Position numbers and translations under genes: made by a program. Positions 10,177-19,955 of a DNA stretch of 64,000 nt are shown here, piece by piece (the first letter of the stretch is position 1; every line of letters begins with the position of its first letter). The DNA is taken from positions 3,200,001 through 3,264,000 of the forward strand of contig OY781964.1 in the NCBI GenBank assembly GCA_963677485.1, in the 5' to 3' direction. The notes beneath the pieces were generated by a model, which was not told the DNA's origin, searched no databases, and saw nothing but the letters and a program-made list of their open reading frames with translations. Origin of the DNA: Armatimonadota bacterium. Its GTDB lineage: Bacteria; Armatimonadota; HRBIN16.

Positions 10177-11067
10177 ATGACCACCACCGCACCCAGCGAA
10201 CAGACACTGACCCGACAAAGCGTGTTCCGACAGCACCGAGTCGCACTCGACTGTGTGCGGAGCAGTGTGCCCGATGGGAAGGGATACCCCAGGCATCAGC
10301 ACGACTTCAGCGAGCTTGTGATCGTGCTGGAGGGTGAGGCACAGCACGTCACGCAAACAGACCGCTTTCCTATCTCTGCAGGCAGTGTGTTCGTGCTGCA
10401 TCCGGGGGAACCGCACGCCTATCAGCAGTCACATCAGCTTCTGATGGCCAACATCATGTTCCGCCGGGAGGAGCTGCCGTTGTTGTGGTCAGATGTGTCT
10501 CAGATGCCCGGATTCCACACGCTTTTCACACTGGAACCCAACTACCGGCGCAACGCGGGCAATGAGGGGCAGTTGACGCTCGACACCGACCAACTCGCCC
10601 AGCTCAGCGTGATGCTTCAGCACTTGGATGATGAACTAAGTCAACGTGATCCGGGCTGGATCACCGCCGCAATGGCTCACTTCGCTTTGATCGTCACCAC
10701 GCTTTGCAGGGCCTATAGCCACACTCAGCATCCCATCGCACGCCAACTGCTGCGTGTGGGTGAGGTGGTGGGGCACATCGAGACAAACCTTGATGAGGAA
10801 TACAGCCTTCAGGCGATGGCTGATATGGCGAACCTGAGCCCGCGTGGATTCACGCGGTTATTTCGGCAGTTGATGGGAACTTCGCCCATCGACTACCTCA
10901 TCCGGAAGCGCATGGAACGCGCGGCTGAGTTGCTCATGGACCCCAAATTGGGCAACAACGAGGTGGCGCACATGGTGGGCCTCAGCGACGGCAACTACCT
11001 CGCCAGGCAGTTCCGCAGGATCTACGGATGCAGTCCCCGCGCTTACCAGCGCAATAGGCGAGGGTAG
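10177..11067 (+). CDS. AraC-family transcriptional regulator (RhaS/RhaR-like)
   Basis: N-terminal cupin HQHDFSELVIV..G...H. C-terminal double HTH (LSPRGFTRLFR...GTSP.DYL...R; VA..VG.SD.NY..RQFR..YGCSP..Y). Confidence 0.9.
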   Translation: MTTTAPSEQTLTRQSVFRQHRVALDCVRSSVPDGKGYPRHQHDFSELVIVLEGEAQHVTQTDRFPISAGSVFVLHPGEPHAYQQSHQLLMANIMFRREELPLLWSDVSQMPGFHTLFTLEPNYRRNAGNEGQLTLDTDQLAQLSVMLQHLDDELSQRDPGWITAAMAHFALIVTTLCRAYSHTQHPIARQLLRVGEVVGHIETNLDEEYSLQAMADMANLSPRGFTRLFRQLMGTSPIDYLIRKRMERAAELLMDPKLGNNEVAHMVGLSDGNYLARQFRRIYGCSPRAYQRNRRG

Positions 11068-11161
11068 GGCATCGTGTGTTTCGCGTTTGGAGCACCAGCC
11101 TCGCCTGATCAAAGCCTTGGGCCTATAGAGAGGGCCAACCTTTGTGGTGGTCCTGGATAGC

Positions 11162-11253
11162 GGATGTCTGTATGTGCATGGCGTGCCGTGCCCAAACCCC
11201 GCCATGCACATACGCAAATGCGGGCACGGCACGCCATGCCCCTACAGACATCC
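11162..11253. repeat. REP-like long inverted repeat between convergent genes
   Basis: ggatgtctgta.g.gcatggcgtgccgtgccc ... gggcacggcacgccatgcccctacagacatcc. Confidence 0.65.
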
Positions 11254-11291
11254 ACCAACCAAAAAGGTTGTGTTTTGAACTCGACACTAGT

Positions 11292-12179
11292 TTATGGTTT
11301 TAGCAACGTGCGGCGGCGGATGACTGATTTCACATGTGATGCATAAATCCAACGCTGTCCCTTGGCATCAGTGATGATGCGGACATAGTTTGCACGCTGG
11401 TCGGTGGGGTTCGGTATCACTATCGGCGGAGCGTCCGCCGAGAGGATCTGCAGGCCGAGGGCAGTGCCCACGAGGAGCCGACCGTCAGCCAGGGGTGTCA
11501 TGCCGTCAAGCAGGCCCTTGCCGTCTTCAGGCACCTTCGCCTTGAAGGCAATACGCGACGGACCGAGGCGACCATCTGCCCGGATCGGGTAGGCTCGCAC
11601 GGTGTCGGTCATAAATTCGGCGACCCATAACTCGCGGCCGTCGTGGCTCAGGGTGATACCGTTGGGATCGGGTAACTCGGCTACTTTGACAGGCTTCGGG
11701 TCGGCGAGATCGAGTTGATACACGGCGTTTTCCGGCCCCCATGTACAATAGAGCTGGCCTTTCTTTGTGATGACGAGATCGTTGGCGGGACTGGGAAGCA
11801 AGATGCGGCTTGTTTTCCTTGTTTTAAGATCCCAGGCGAGTATGATTGGTTCCGCCATGCAAGCGGCATAAAGCTTGCCGTCAGGGCCGAAGGCGAGGCC
11901 GTTGGCTAGGGAGGTTTTTGCGTCATCCACAGATTCTTCACCAGAAGCGGTGATCTTGTGAAGCTTCGCTTCGGGTACATCCGTCAGGTAGATTGTGCCG
12001 TTGTCCGCTGCGACGATCCCCTCGACTATGTTGTAACCTTCACCAACAGTTTCCCATGCTGACCCCTTCACGAAAACGCCACTCCCCACGGCCTTCAAAC
12101 GTAAGATCATCGCTGTGGCTATAGCGATAGTGGTTACAGTTACCAAGGTGAATCTCATGATGAATATGTCGTTTACCAT
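11292..12179 (-). CDS. SMP-30/gluconolactonase family beta-propeller protein
   Basis: EG, ANGLAFGPDG, ANDL, PNGITLS.DG.ELWV and DGM motifs; hydrophobic N-terminus. Confidence 0.85.
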   Translation of the reverse strand: MVNDIFIMRFTLVTVTTIAIATAMILRLKAVGSGVFVKGSAWETVGEGYNIVEGIVAADNGTIYLTDVPEAKLHKITASGEESVDDAKTSLANGLAFGPDGKLYAACMAEPIILAWDLKTRKTSRILLPSPANDLVITKKGQLYCTWGPENAVYQLDLADPKPVKVAELPDPNGITLSHDGRELWVAEFMTDTVRAYPIRADGRLGPSRIAFKAKVPEDGKGLLDGMTPLADGRLLVGTALGLQILSADAPPIVIPNPTDQRANYVRIITDAKGQRWIYASHVKSVIRRRTLLKP

Positions 12180-12345
12180 ACTGTATTACCACCTTTCAAG
12201 GGGCCTATCGCTATCATCATCATTCTCACTGCCTGCTTCGTCGCGCATTCCATCATGATCACCTCAAGATTGATCGAACTGTCGATTATTTTACTTGTAA
12301 GTCACTGACATAGGGGCACACCTTGTAAGTGATTGGCTGGGGGTT

Positions 12346-12420
12346 CCCTTGTGGGCACCCGAAACACGAACTATCGGATGCGCAAAGGTTAGGGCCGGCA
12401 CAAGGCACGGCCCATACGGC
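12346..12420. repeat. Degenerate family A REP copy
   Basis: cccttgtgggcacccgaaacacgaactatcggatg...ttagggccggcacaagg resembles 39531-39590. Confidence 0.55.
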
Positions 12421-12429
12421 CAGCATCAA

Positions 12430-15009
12430 CTACAGCCTGGGTGCCTTGACCGCCACGGGCACGTGAGTAATGCTATCAACCTTCAGCACCGCACAACCGC
12501 CGGGTTTGATGCTGATCCGCTTCGAGTAGGGCTTGCCCTGTGCGTCTTTTCCCTTGAATTCCACGCTGCTGCGGGTGACACGCACACGCAGGCTCATCCC
12601 GCGCCAGTCGATGTTGCTGACCTCGGCATAACTCAGCTTCGCCGGTAGCTTTGGCGTGACCTGCAGGCTGTCTGGTGTGGCCTCGAGACCGATCACGCCA
12701 TACAAAAAGTATAACGGCACCAGACCGCTTTCGGGGAAGGGGTAGTCCACGCCCACCGAACCTGCATCCTCTTGCTGGGATGTTTCGCCTCGATAGAGCG
12801 GTGACCCACCGCAAAGCCGGTCGGGCATTCGGTACCGGGCCATGATCTCACTGAACCGCGTCCAGGCGTTCTCCACTCCCAGATACTTCACACGCGCCAT
12901 CAGGTCATAGAAGGAGGTGTAGAGGATCGCCCCGCCGTCCTGGCATTGGTCGCCAAACGGGGTGCCGGGCCACCAGTAGGTCCACCACGGCTTCACAGGT
13001 GAGCTTATTTCGGCGTTGGGGTTGTTCTCTCCCCACATTGGGTTGTGAATGGTGGTGGTTCGCGGCGCAAATATCCACTTGGAATACGTGTCGGCGGTGC
13101 CGCTGGAGGTCGGTTCGGTCTCCATCCAATGGTAGATGCGCTTCGCTTTGGCCTCATCACCCAGACCGCAATACATCGCCTCCAGGTTCACGAAGGTGAA
13201 TCCGTAGTCGTGCCGGGCACCATCGATGTCGACACATCCGATGTAACGGCCCTTGGCTTCATCCCAGAACACTTCGTCATACCGGCGGTGGGCCGTCTGG
13301 CGTAAAGTACTATAGTCGGCCAGAGGAGTTGAGCCGAGTGCCTCATCGATCTGCCTCATCGCGGTGAGCGAGTCGTAGAAGGCGATGTTGGCGTAGGCAT
13401 CGAGGTGGCCAAACGGCAGGATGTCCCAGTAGCTGTCGCCCAGGTCCTCATGCCAGCCGGTCTTGAAGTCTGGTGTCACGATCAGTCCCTCTTTGCCCTT
13501 CAGCACATCAAGCTGGTAGGCCATGGCCCGGCGCAGGCGGTCCTGCTGCTTGCGCAGGTAGTTGGCATCACCCGTGAAGAGGTAGTGGCGCCAGCAGCCG
13601 ATGATATATCGCGCGTTGGTGTCGAAGTGCCGAGTGTCGCGGTTTGGCACCAGAGGCCAGCCGATGGTCTGCCCGTAGGTGTAGACATACCCCTCGGCAG
13701 TAATGGGGTTGGTGGTCAGAAAATTCGCCTCGCCGTCATGCAATGGCCCCTTGAACCAGCCGCGCATGATGCCCATCCAGTCGGCCCATTCGATGGTGTG
13801 CTGTGCGGGCGCCGGGTAGGTGAAGCCGCGTTCCCACCAGAACCTGTTGAGCTCACTGGTGAGCCCCGGGTCGCCGCAGCCGAATCGTGGGAACTGGGCA
13901 GGGATGGTGTCATCGCGTTTCTGCACCTCCATGCGCCAGCCGCTTTTCCACTCGCCCTGATCTTTCCGCATGGGGGTGTCGAAGTTCATCGACATCACCG
14001 TGTCAGTCATCGTCCAGTTCATGCCCATGCCGTCACCCATCAGGCGCAGGTCGGCATCGGCATTGCCGTCCATCTCAATCCACTGGCAGCCGGTGAACTG
14101 GCAGCCCTGGCCAAAACCCATATGGGGGCGGCGCTTGAGCTGCTCCACGGGCATATACATCTGGTTGTCTGTGAACAGCCTGCTGAACACGATGCCCGCT
14201 TTTGGCGTGCAGTCGTAGCCCGATTTCGTCCACGTGGTGTTCCAACGCCAAGGAAGGCGCGTGAAGTCATCATCTCCGACGGGCTTCAGAGAGGCTTCGA
14301 CAGATATCACACGCTGGCGTAGCGAGACGCTGAGCGTGCCATGGCCCACCAGCCGCGAGCCGGATATACGGATCGCACGGTCACCGGCCACTGGCTTACC
14401 GTCCGCCAGCGCACCGCCTTGCGGATATACATCGCCGTCGCTGCACCACCAACCGACAGTACCCACCGGATCGGAGATCACGACGGTATACTCGCCGCCC
14501 ATGCGCGGCTTGTCGAGCTCTAGAATCTGCCAGGCGCTGTTGACCACCTTCTCGATCTTCTTGGTCACCAGAAGCACGTCCTGCTGGTAAAGGCTGATCG
14601 TGACGCCGGAGCTGTCGGAATTCCAGGTTGGCAGCTTCATCGACACTGCCTTGAAGGACACATCGTCGGGGATTCTGAAGCTCTGACCCAAGGTGTGTCC
14701 AGAGGTCAGCATGACGGGTGTATCGGTACCGCCTGTGGCACCATAAGTCTGCTCTCTCCACTCTTCGAGGGACGCAATCGATGCGGTATTGTCCTTCACA
14801 GTGATGCGAGTTTGAGGGGTATCACGCCAGTTGGACGGCTTGAGTTCCTTCACGAAGTCCAGCGTGCCAGATCCGGCTTTCAGCGATGTGATGCTCGTGC
14901 CGCTGATGGCGAGTTTGACATACCGGTTCTTGAGCACCGCGTCGGCTCGTGCCGAGTCTGTGGCGATCAATACGCCAATGGCGACCGTGATCATGATGAC
15001 TGGCTGCAT
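12430..15009 (-). CDS. Secreted six-hairpin (alpha/alpha)6 glycoside hydrolase (GH116/GH78-like)
   Basis: Signal peptide; DTNA.YI....HYLFTGD..YL, SYWDILPFGHLDAYAN, FWDE..GRY; C-terminal GL......L.V.P.LP. Confidence 0.65.
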   Translation of the reverse strand: MQPVIMITVAIGVLIATDSARADAVLKNRYVKLAISGTSITSLKAGSGTLDFVKELKPSNWRDTPQTRITVKDNTASIASLEEWREQTYGATGGTDTPVMLTSGHTLGQSFRIPDDVSFKAVSMKLPTWNSDSSGVTISLYQQDVLLVTKKIEKVVNSAWQILELDKPRMGGEYTVVISDPVGTVGWWCSDGDVYPQGGALADGKPVAGDRAIRISGSRLVGHGTLSVSLRQRVISVEASLKPVGDDDFTRLPWRWNTTWTKSGYDCTPKAGIVFSRLFTDNQMYMPVEQLKRRPHMGFGQGCQFTGCQWIEMDGNADADLRLMGDGMGMNWTMTDTVMSMNFDTPMRKDQGEWKSGWRMEVQKRDDTIPAQFPRFGCGDPGLTSELNRFWWERGFTYPAPAQHTIEWADWMGIMRGWFKGPLHDGEANFLTTNPITAEGYVYTYGQTIGWPLVPNRDTRHFDTNARYIIGCWRHYLFTGDANYLRKQQDRLRRAMAYQLDVLKGKEGLIVTPDFKTGWHEDLGDSYWDILPFGHLDAYANIAFYDSLTAMRQIDEALGSTPLADYSTLRQTAHRRYDEVFWDEAKGRYIGCVDIDGARHDYGFTFVNLEAMYCGLGDEAKAKRIYHWMETEPTSSGTADTYSKWIFAPRTTTIHNPMWGENNPNAEISSPVKPWWTYWWPGTPFGDQCQDGGAILYTSFYDLMARVKYLGVENAWTRFSEIMARYRMPDRLCGGSPLYRGETSQQEDAGSVGVDYPFPESGLVPLYFLYGVIGLEATPDSLQVTPKLPAKLSYAEVSNIDWRGMSLRVRVTRSSVEFKGKDAQGKPYSKRISIKPGGCAVLKVDSITHVPVAVKAPRL

Positions 15010-15032
15010 GTGAATACCCCTCTTGTTGCTTG

Positions 15033-16784
15033 CTACCGCGAAGTGACGCTGAAGATACCCTTGGAAGCGCTGAGCGGCTCTTCGATCATGAACTTCGCCA
15101 GGAACCCCTCGAGATCGGATTCTAGAGCCACGATTGCCTGCTCCATTTCCGGCCAGTCGGGCACGGTTTGCCCGGCGGATGCCGCGGCCTGTTCCTCAAG
15201 GTGGTTCTGCTGGTCGGCGCGGAGCACCGCCAGAAGCTCATCCACCGAGTGCTGTGGCATGGGCAATTGCAGCTCCATGGCTTTGCGCAGGATGGTGGCC
15301 AGGTTGGTCTCGCGCAGATGATATGCGTATGCCAGTGCCCGTCGGCGGATGGCGGCGGTTTCCCGCATCGTCAATTGGAACGCCTCAGCCAGTGCTTCCG
15401 GCACCGATCCTTGGATGGAGGCTCCGATTCCGAGTGCTGCTCCCCATCGGTCGGCCGCTTTCTGGCAGCGGAGCTGCACATCTTCCAGCATCCAGGGGTG
15501 CGGTTGACGGCTGTCGGTCTTCATGAAGATGGCGGCGCGTGTGGAATCCCAGCTCGGTGTGTGGCACATCTCGCCTCGGATGGTGCCAGCGGACATGCTG
15601 TGGTCGGTGCGGCTGCGGCCGATCTCGCGGATCATCCAGGCGGTCTCCCATGGGAACAGCTCCATGCCCTCGCTGCAGAGCCGCCAGAACTGCTGCGTGG
15701 CCTCCGTGGCAGCTCCATATGGCGCCGCGAGTGCCTGTAGTGCCTCCTGCTCGGAGATACCTGGGTTGTTGAAAAACAGACCGGTCATGCGCAGGTTGGC
15801 GTCCTCGACGGTGGGGTTCAGGCCGAAATACTCCTTGATACCGCACACGCCAGGCACGTTGGCGATCGCATTGAGGCCGCGCAGGGTGACCAGCGGATGG
15901 GCCAAACTCTTGAACGACTCCAGCTCCTCACTGGGGCCACCCAGCCAGTACTCCACAATCGCTGGCATTCCGCGCCGTTCGGCGATGGTGATGGTGTTCT
16001 TCAGCCAGCGGTCGACGGGCAGCGTGGCCTGCACCTCGGCGATGTTGCAGTGCAGCGATAGGGCAAATCCCCTTGGGTTGATCTTCTCCACGCAGTTGTA
16101 GACCTGTCCCGCCGACAGCTCCCATGGCTCCCACCAGAGCAGGCCCTTCGGACTGATCTGCTGCCATTTGGCGGTCAGACCGTCCAAGAAGGGGACGACG
16201 CGCTCAGACAGCGGGATACCGAGGCAGCGCGGGCATGGCCCGAACTCGCTGCATAGCCAGGCATCTTGATCGTAGGTGTAGATCAGGATGTCGTCCACTC
16301 CTGGGAACTCCTCGGCGAACTTTTCCAGCAGCAGCTCGTAACGGCTCTGCACTTTGGGGTCCATCAGGCAGTTGGGTGGACCATCGCCGAACACCGCATG
16401 TGCGTTGTAGGGGGCACCGAAGTGGAAGATCGTGCGTAAGCCAGCCTCTTTACACAAGGCGATTCTGTGGCGCAGATCGGCACGGCGTTTCTCTCTGGCA
16501 TCGTCACCAGGACGGCAGTTCAGCTTCACCACCTGCGGATATTCCATGTTGAGCTCTGCATCCAGCTCCACGATGTCTTCCAGATTCAAGGGCTCATCGC
16601 CAGGGCGCGCGCCCCAGGCGACGTTCAACTGGATGGTGTTGAAGCCCAGGTTCTTCAGTTTTGCCAGGGTTTCGTGCGTCCAGGACACAGCGACCGGCAT
16701 GTCTACCAGCCGGTACAAAGACTCGGGGATACCAAGGAAACCGACCTTGTATTGCAGGAAGGCCGGGTCAAGTGATGAGGCCAT
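15033..16784 (-). CDS. Hypothetical protein, probable TIM-barrel glycoside-hydrolase-like fold
   Basis: 583-aa ORF with AGGAG RBS; LKNLGFNTIQL N-terminal strand; C..CPRC motif; operon-like with the downstream GH. Confidence 0.55.
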   Translation of the reverse strand: MASSLDPAFLQYKVGFLGIPESLYRLVDMPVAVSWTHETLAKLKNLGFNTIQLNVAWGARPGDEPLNLEDIVELDAELNMEYPQVVKLNCRPGDDAREKRRADLRHRIALCKEAGLRTIFHFGAPYNAHAVFGDGPPNCLMDPKVQSRYELLLEKFAEEFPGVDDILIYTYDQDAWLCSEFGPCPRCLGIPLSERVVPFLDGLTAKWQQISPKGLLWWEPWELSAGQVYNCVEKINPRGFALSLHCNIAEVQATLPVDRWLKNTITIAERRGMPAIVEYWLGGPSEELESFKSLAHPLVTLRGLNAIANVPGVCGIKEYFGLNPTVEDANLRMTGLFFNNPGISEQEALQALAAPYGAATEATQQFWRLCSEGMELFPWETAWMIREIGRSRTDHSMSAGTIRGEMCHTPSWDSTRAAIFMKTDSRQPHPWMLEDVQLRCQKAADRWGAALGIGASIQGSVPEALAEAFQLTMRETAAIRRRALAYAYHLRETNLATILRKAMELQLPMPQHSVDELLAVLRADQQNHLEEQAAASAGQTVPDWPEMEQAIVALESDLEGFLAKFMIEEPLSASKGIFSVTSR

Positions 16785-17057
16785 ATTCGTTGCTCCTGTA
16801 TTGTTATGACGGCGTGGAATTACCGTCGGTGTTTGTTGCGTGCATTTTGTTGTTCATATTGTATCTGTTATTCCCTGTTATTAACAGGGCCGTTACCATC
16901 TCCAGAGGAGATGCTGTGCAGCATTCGTGTTATCGTGGAGTGTCACAGAGGCGAACCAGGGGGCTGACTTCACCTTCACTCGCGATCACCTGATAGCTTG
17001 TAGAATATAGGTGTGCTTTATGCATCGCACCAATCTTTCTCGTTCACTGGAGTTCAC

Positions 17058-17798
17058 ATGAAAATCGTCGGTATCATTCCCGCTCGTATGGCATCCACTC
17101 GACTGCCCAACAAACCGCTGGTGGATATCTGCGGCTTACCCATGATCGTGCGCGTCTGGAAGAACGCCTGTCAGGCCAAAACCCTCAGCGAAGTGATCGT
17201 CACAGCGCCTGACCAGCAGATCATCGACATCGTGCGCTCTTTCGGCGGCCGTGCGGAGCTGACCTCGGACAAGCACCGCAGCGGGACCGACCGTCTGGCG
17301 GAGCTGGCAGAACGCATTGAGTGCGACGCGGTGGTGAACATCCAGGGTGACGAGCCGCTTCTTCCCGCGGAGCTGATCAACGCGGCCGCCGCCCCCCTGT
17401 TGGAGGACTCCAGCGTGCAGATGGCTTCGCTGATGTGCCCCGCCACCCCCGAGGAGCTGAAGAACCCCAACAACGTGAAGGTGGTCACCGCGTTGAACGG
17501 GGATGCGCTCTATTTCACCCGCAGCGAGGTGCCTTATCGGCGCAACGAGAGCGGCGTGACCAGCTTCAAGCATATCGGAGTGTATGCCTACACCCGGCAG
17601 ACATTGTTGCAGCTCAGCCAGTGGGCTCCCACCCCGCTGGAGATGGCCGAATCGCTGGAGCAGTTACGCGCGCTGGAGAACGGCATCCGCATCCGCATGG
17701 CCCGCGTGGCGTTCAGCCTTGTGGGCGTGGATACCCCAGCGGACCTGGAGCGCGTGCGGCAGGTCTTTGCCCGGAAAGGCGAACGCGACCTGAGCTAG
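17058..17798 (+). CDS. kdsB: 3-deoxy-manno-octulosonate cytidylyltransferase (CMP-KDO synthetase)
   Basis: IIPARMASTRLPNKPL, SGTDR, VNIQGDEP, HIGVYAY, LEQLRALENG, VDTPADL. The ATG at 17058 follows GGAG. Confidence 0.95.
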   Translation: MKIVGIIPARMASTRLPNKPLVDICGLPMIVRVWKNACQAKTLSEVIVTAPDQQIIDIVRSFGGRAELTSDKHRSGTDRLAELAERIECDAVVNIQGDEPLLPAELINAAAAPLLEDSSVQMASLMCPATPEELKNPNNVKVVTALNGDALYFTRSEVPYRRNESGVTSFKHIGVYAYTRQTLLQLSQWAPTPLEMAESLEQLRALENGIRIRMARVAFSLVGVDTPADLERVRQVFARKGERDLS

Positions 17799-19955
17799 TG
17801 AGGGTTCTTTTTAACGCAATGGCGCAAGGATGCAAAGGGGTTGTTGGTATTCAACCGTGTGTAGGGGCAACCCCCTGTGGTTGCCCTGTTCTATGGTGGG
17901 GCATCATGTGCGCTGCCCACGGGATGTGTGAACCGCGGATGAACGCGGATAAACGCGGATGGGGAGGGGTTCTGTCCGCTGTCGCCTCATCGGTCGGATT
18001 CGACCAATCCGTCCGATGAATCCTCACCAAAACAAGCGACGCCCCCATGGTAGCTATGCCCCCTAAGGGCGTCCGCTGGATACCTCTATGCTTGCCTGTT
18101 TGGGCGCCTTTAAGTTAAAAGCCCTTCTGGTCACAAAACGTCACAGACCATACCATCAGCTACAACCAGTAATTTTGGTAACAGTCCTTTATACCGATAT
18201 AACATGAATCACAAACTGCAGGTATACTGATGGTTGATATGTTTTTGTTGCCCTGGTGTATCTAGATAAAGGTAAAGGAGCCACTATCGTGTATTGGAAG
18301 ACCAACCGTGCTAATTGGATTTTTGTCCTAAGCTTCGTATTTGCGCTGATGCAGCTTATCACGTGCCAAATCGCGTTTGCACAAGGCGGCACTATCGACG
18401 GCTGGGGTGATAGGCGCATAGCCTCGGGTGATCTCACTGGCTTCAAAGCAGTATCGGCAGGCTATGCTCATACCGTTGGTCTGAAACGCGACGGCTCGGT
18501 GGTCTGCTGGGGATTGAACTCATCTAGCAAATGCAGTATACCTGCACCTAACCAGGACTTCACCGCCATAGATGCTGGAAACTACTATTCCGTCGGTTTG
18601 AAGCGCGACGGCTCGGTGGTTTGTTGGGGTGATAACTCATATGGTCAGTGCAGTGTGCCCGAACCCAACCAGGATTTCATCGCTATCGCAGCAGGAGATC
18701 AGCATACAGTCGGTTTGAAACGTGACGGTTCCGTAGTCTGTTGGGGCTTTAACAGCTACAGCCAGTGCAATGTGCCTGCTCCTAACCTGGATTTTATAGC
18801 CATCGCGGCAGGAGACTGCTATTCCGTCGGTTTGAAGCGCGACGGCTCGGTGGTTTGTTGGGGTGCTAACACATACAGTCAGTGTAGTGTGCCCGCACCC
18901 AACCAGGGGTTCACAGCCATCGCAGCAGGCGGGCAGCACTCTGTCGGCTTAAAGAGTGATGGTTCGGTGGTCTGCTGGGGTTACCAAGATTACCGCCAGT
19001 GCAATGTACCCGCACCCAACCAGGATTTTACTGCCATCGCTGCAGGCTGGCATCATACTGTCGGTATTAAGCGTGACGGTTCCGTGGTTTGCTGGGGTGA
19101 TAATGACGAAAATCAATGTAATGTGCCTGCACCCAACCAGGATTTCGCCGCCATCGAAGCAGGAGGGCGGCATACCGTCGGCTTAAAGCGCGATGGTTCT
19201 GTAGTTTGCTGGGGTGATAATGACGATTTCCAATGTAATGTGCCCGCACCCAACCGAGACTTCATCGCCATGGTCACGGGTGCAAAACATACCGTCGGAC
19301 TGAAGATTGATGGTTCGGTGGTTGGCTGGGGTGACAACTGGTATGGTGAGTGCGATGTGCCTGCACCCAACCGAGACTTCATCGCCATCTCTGCAGGTAA
19401 TAGTTACACCGTCGGCTTGAAGAGTGACGGTTCAGTGGTCTGCTGGTATGATAACTCATATGGTAAGTGCAGTGTGCCCGAACCCAACCAGGATTTCATC
19501 GCTATCGCAGCAGGAGATCAGCATACAGTCGGTTTGAAACGTGACGGTTCCGTAGTCTGCTGGGGCAGTAATTCTGAGGGTCAATGCAATGTACCCGCAC
19601 CTAACACGGATTTCGTCGCCATCGCGGCAGGATACAACTACAGCGTTGGGTTGAAGCGCAACGGATCAGTCGTCTGTTGGGGTTATAACTACAACGGCCA
19701 GTGTGATGTGCCCTCGCCTAACATGGATTTCACCTCCATCGCGGCTGGTCGGTTCCATACCGTAGGCCTGAAGAGCAACGGTTCGGTGGTCTGCTGGGGG
19801 CCTTCCTATCTCAGTCAATGCAAGGTGCCTGAGCCCAACCAGGATTTTACCGCAATTACGGCGGGTATTTGGCATACCGTCGGACTGAAGAGGGATGGCT
19901 CGTTGGTTAGTTGGGGTGATAACGAATGGGGCCAGTGCGATGTACCTTCACCTAA

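Noticed and set aside
18289-19955. Diversity-generating retroelement target/template in the RCC1 repeats
   Set aside because: No RT in the window. The repeats are in-frame coding units, and their differences are not confined to adenines.
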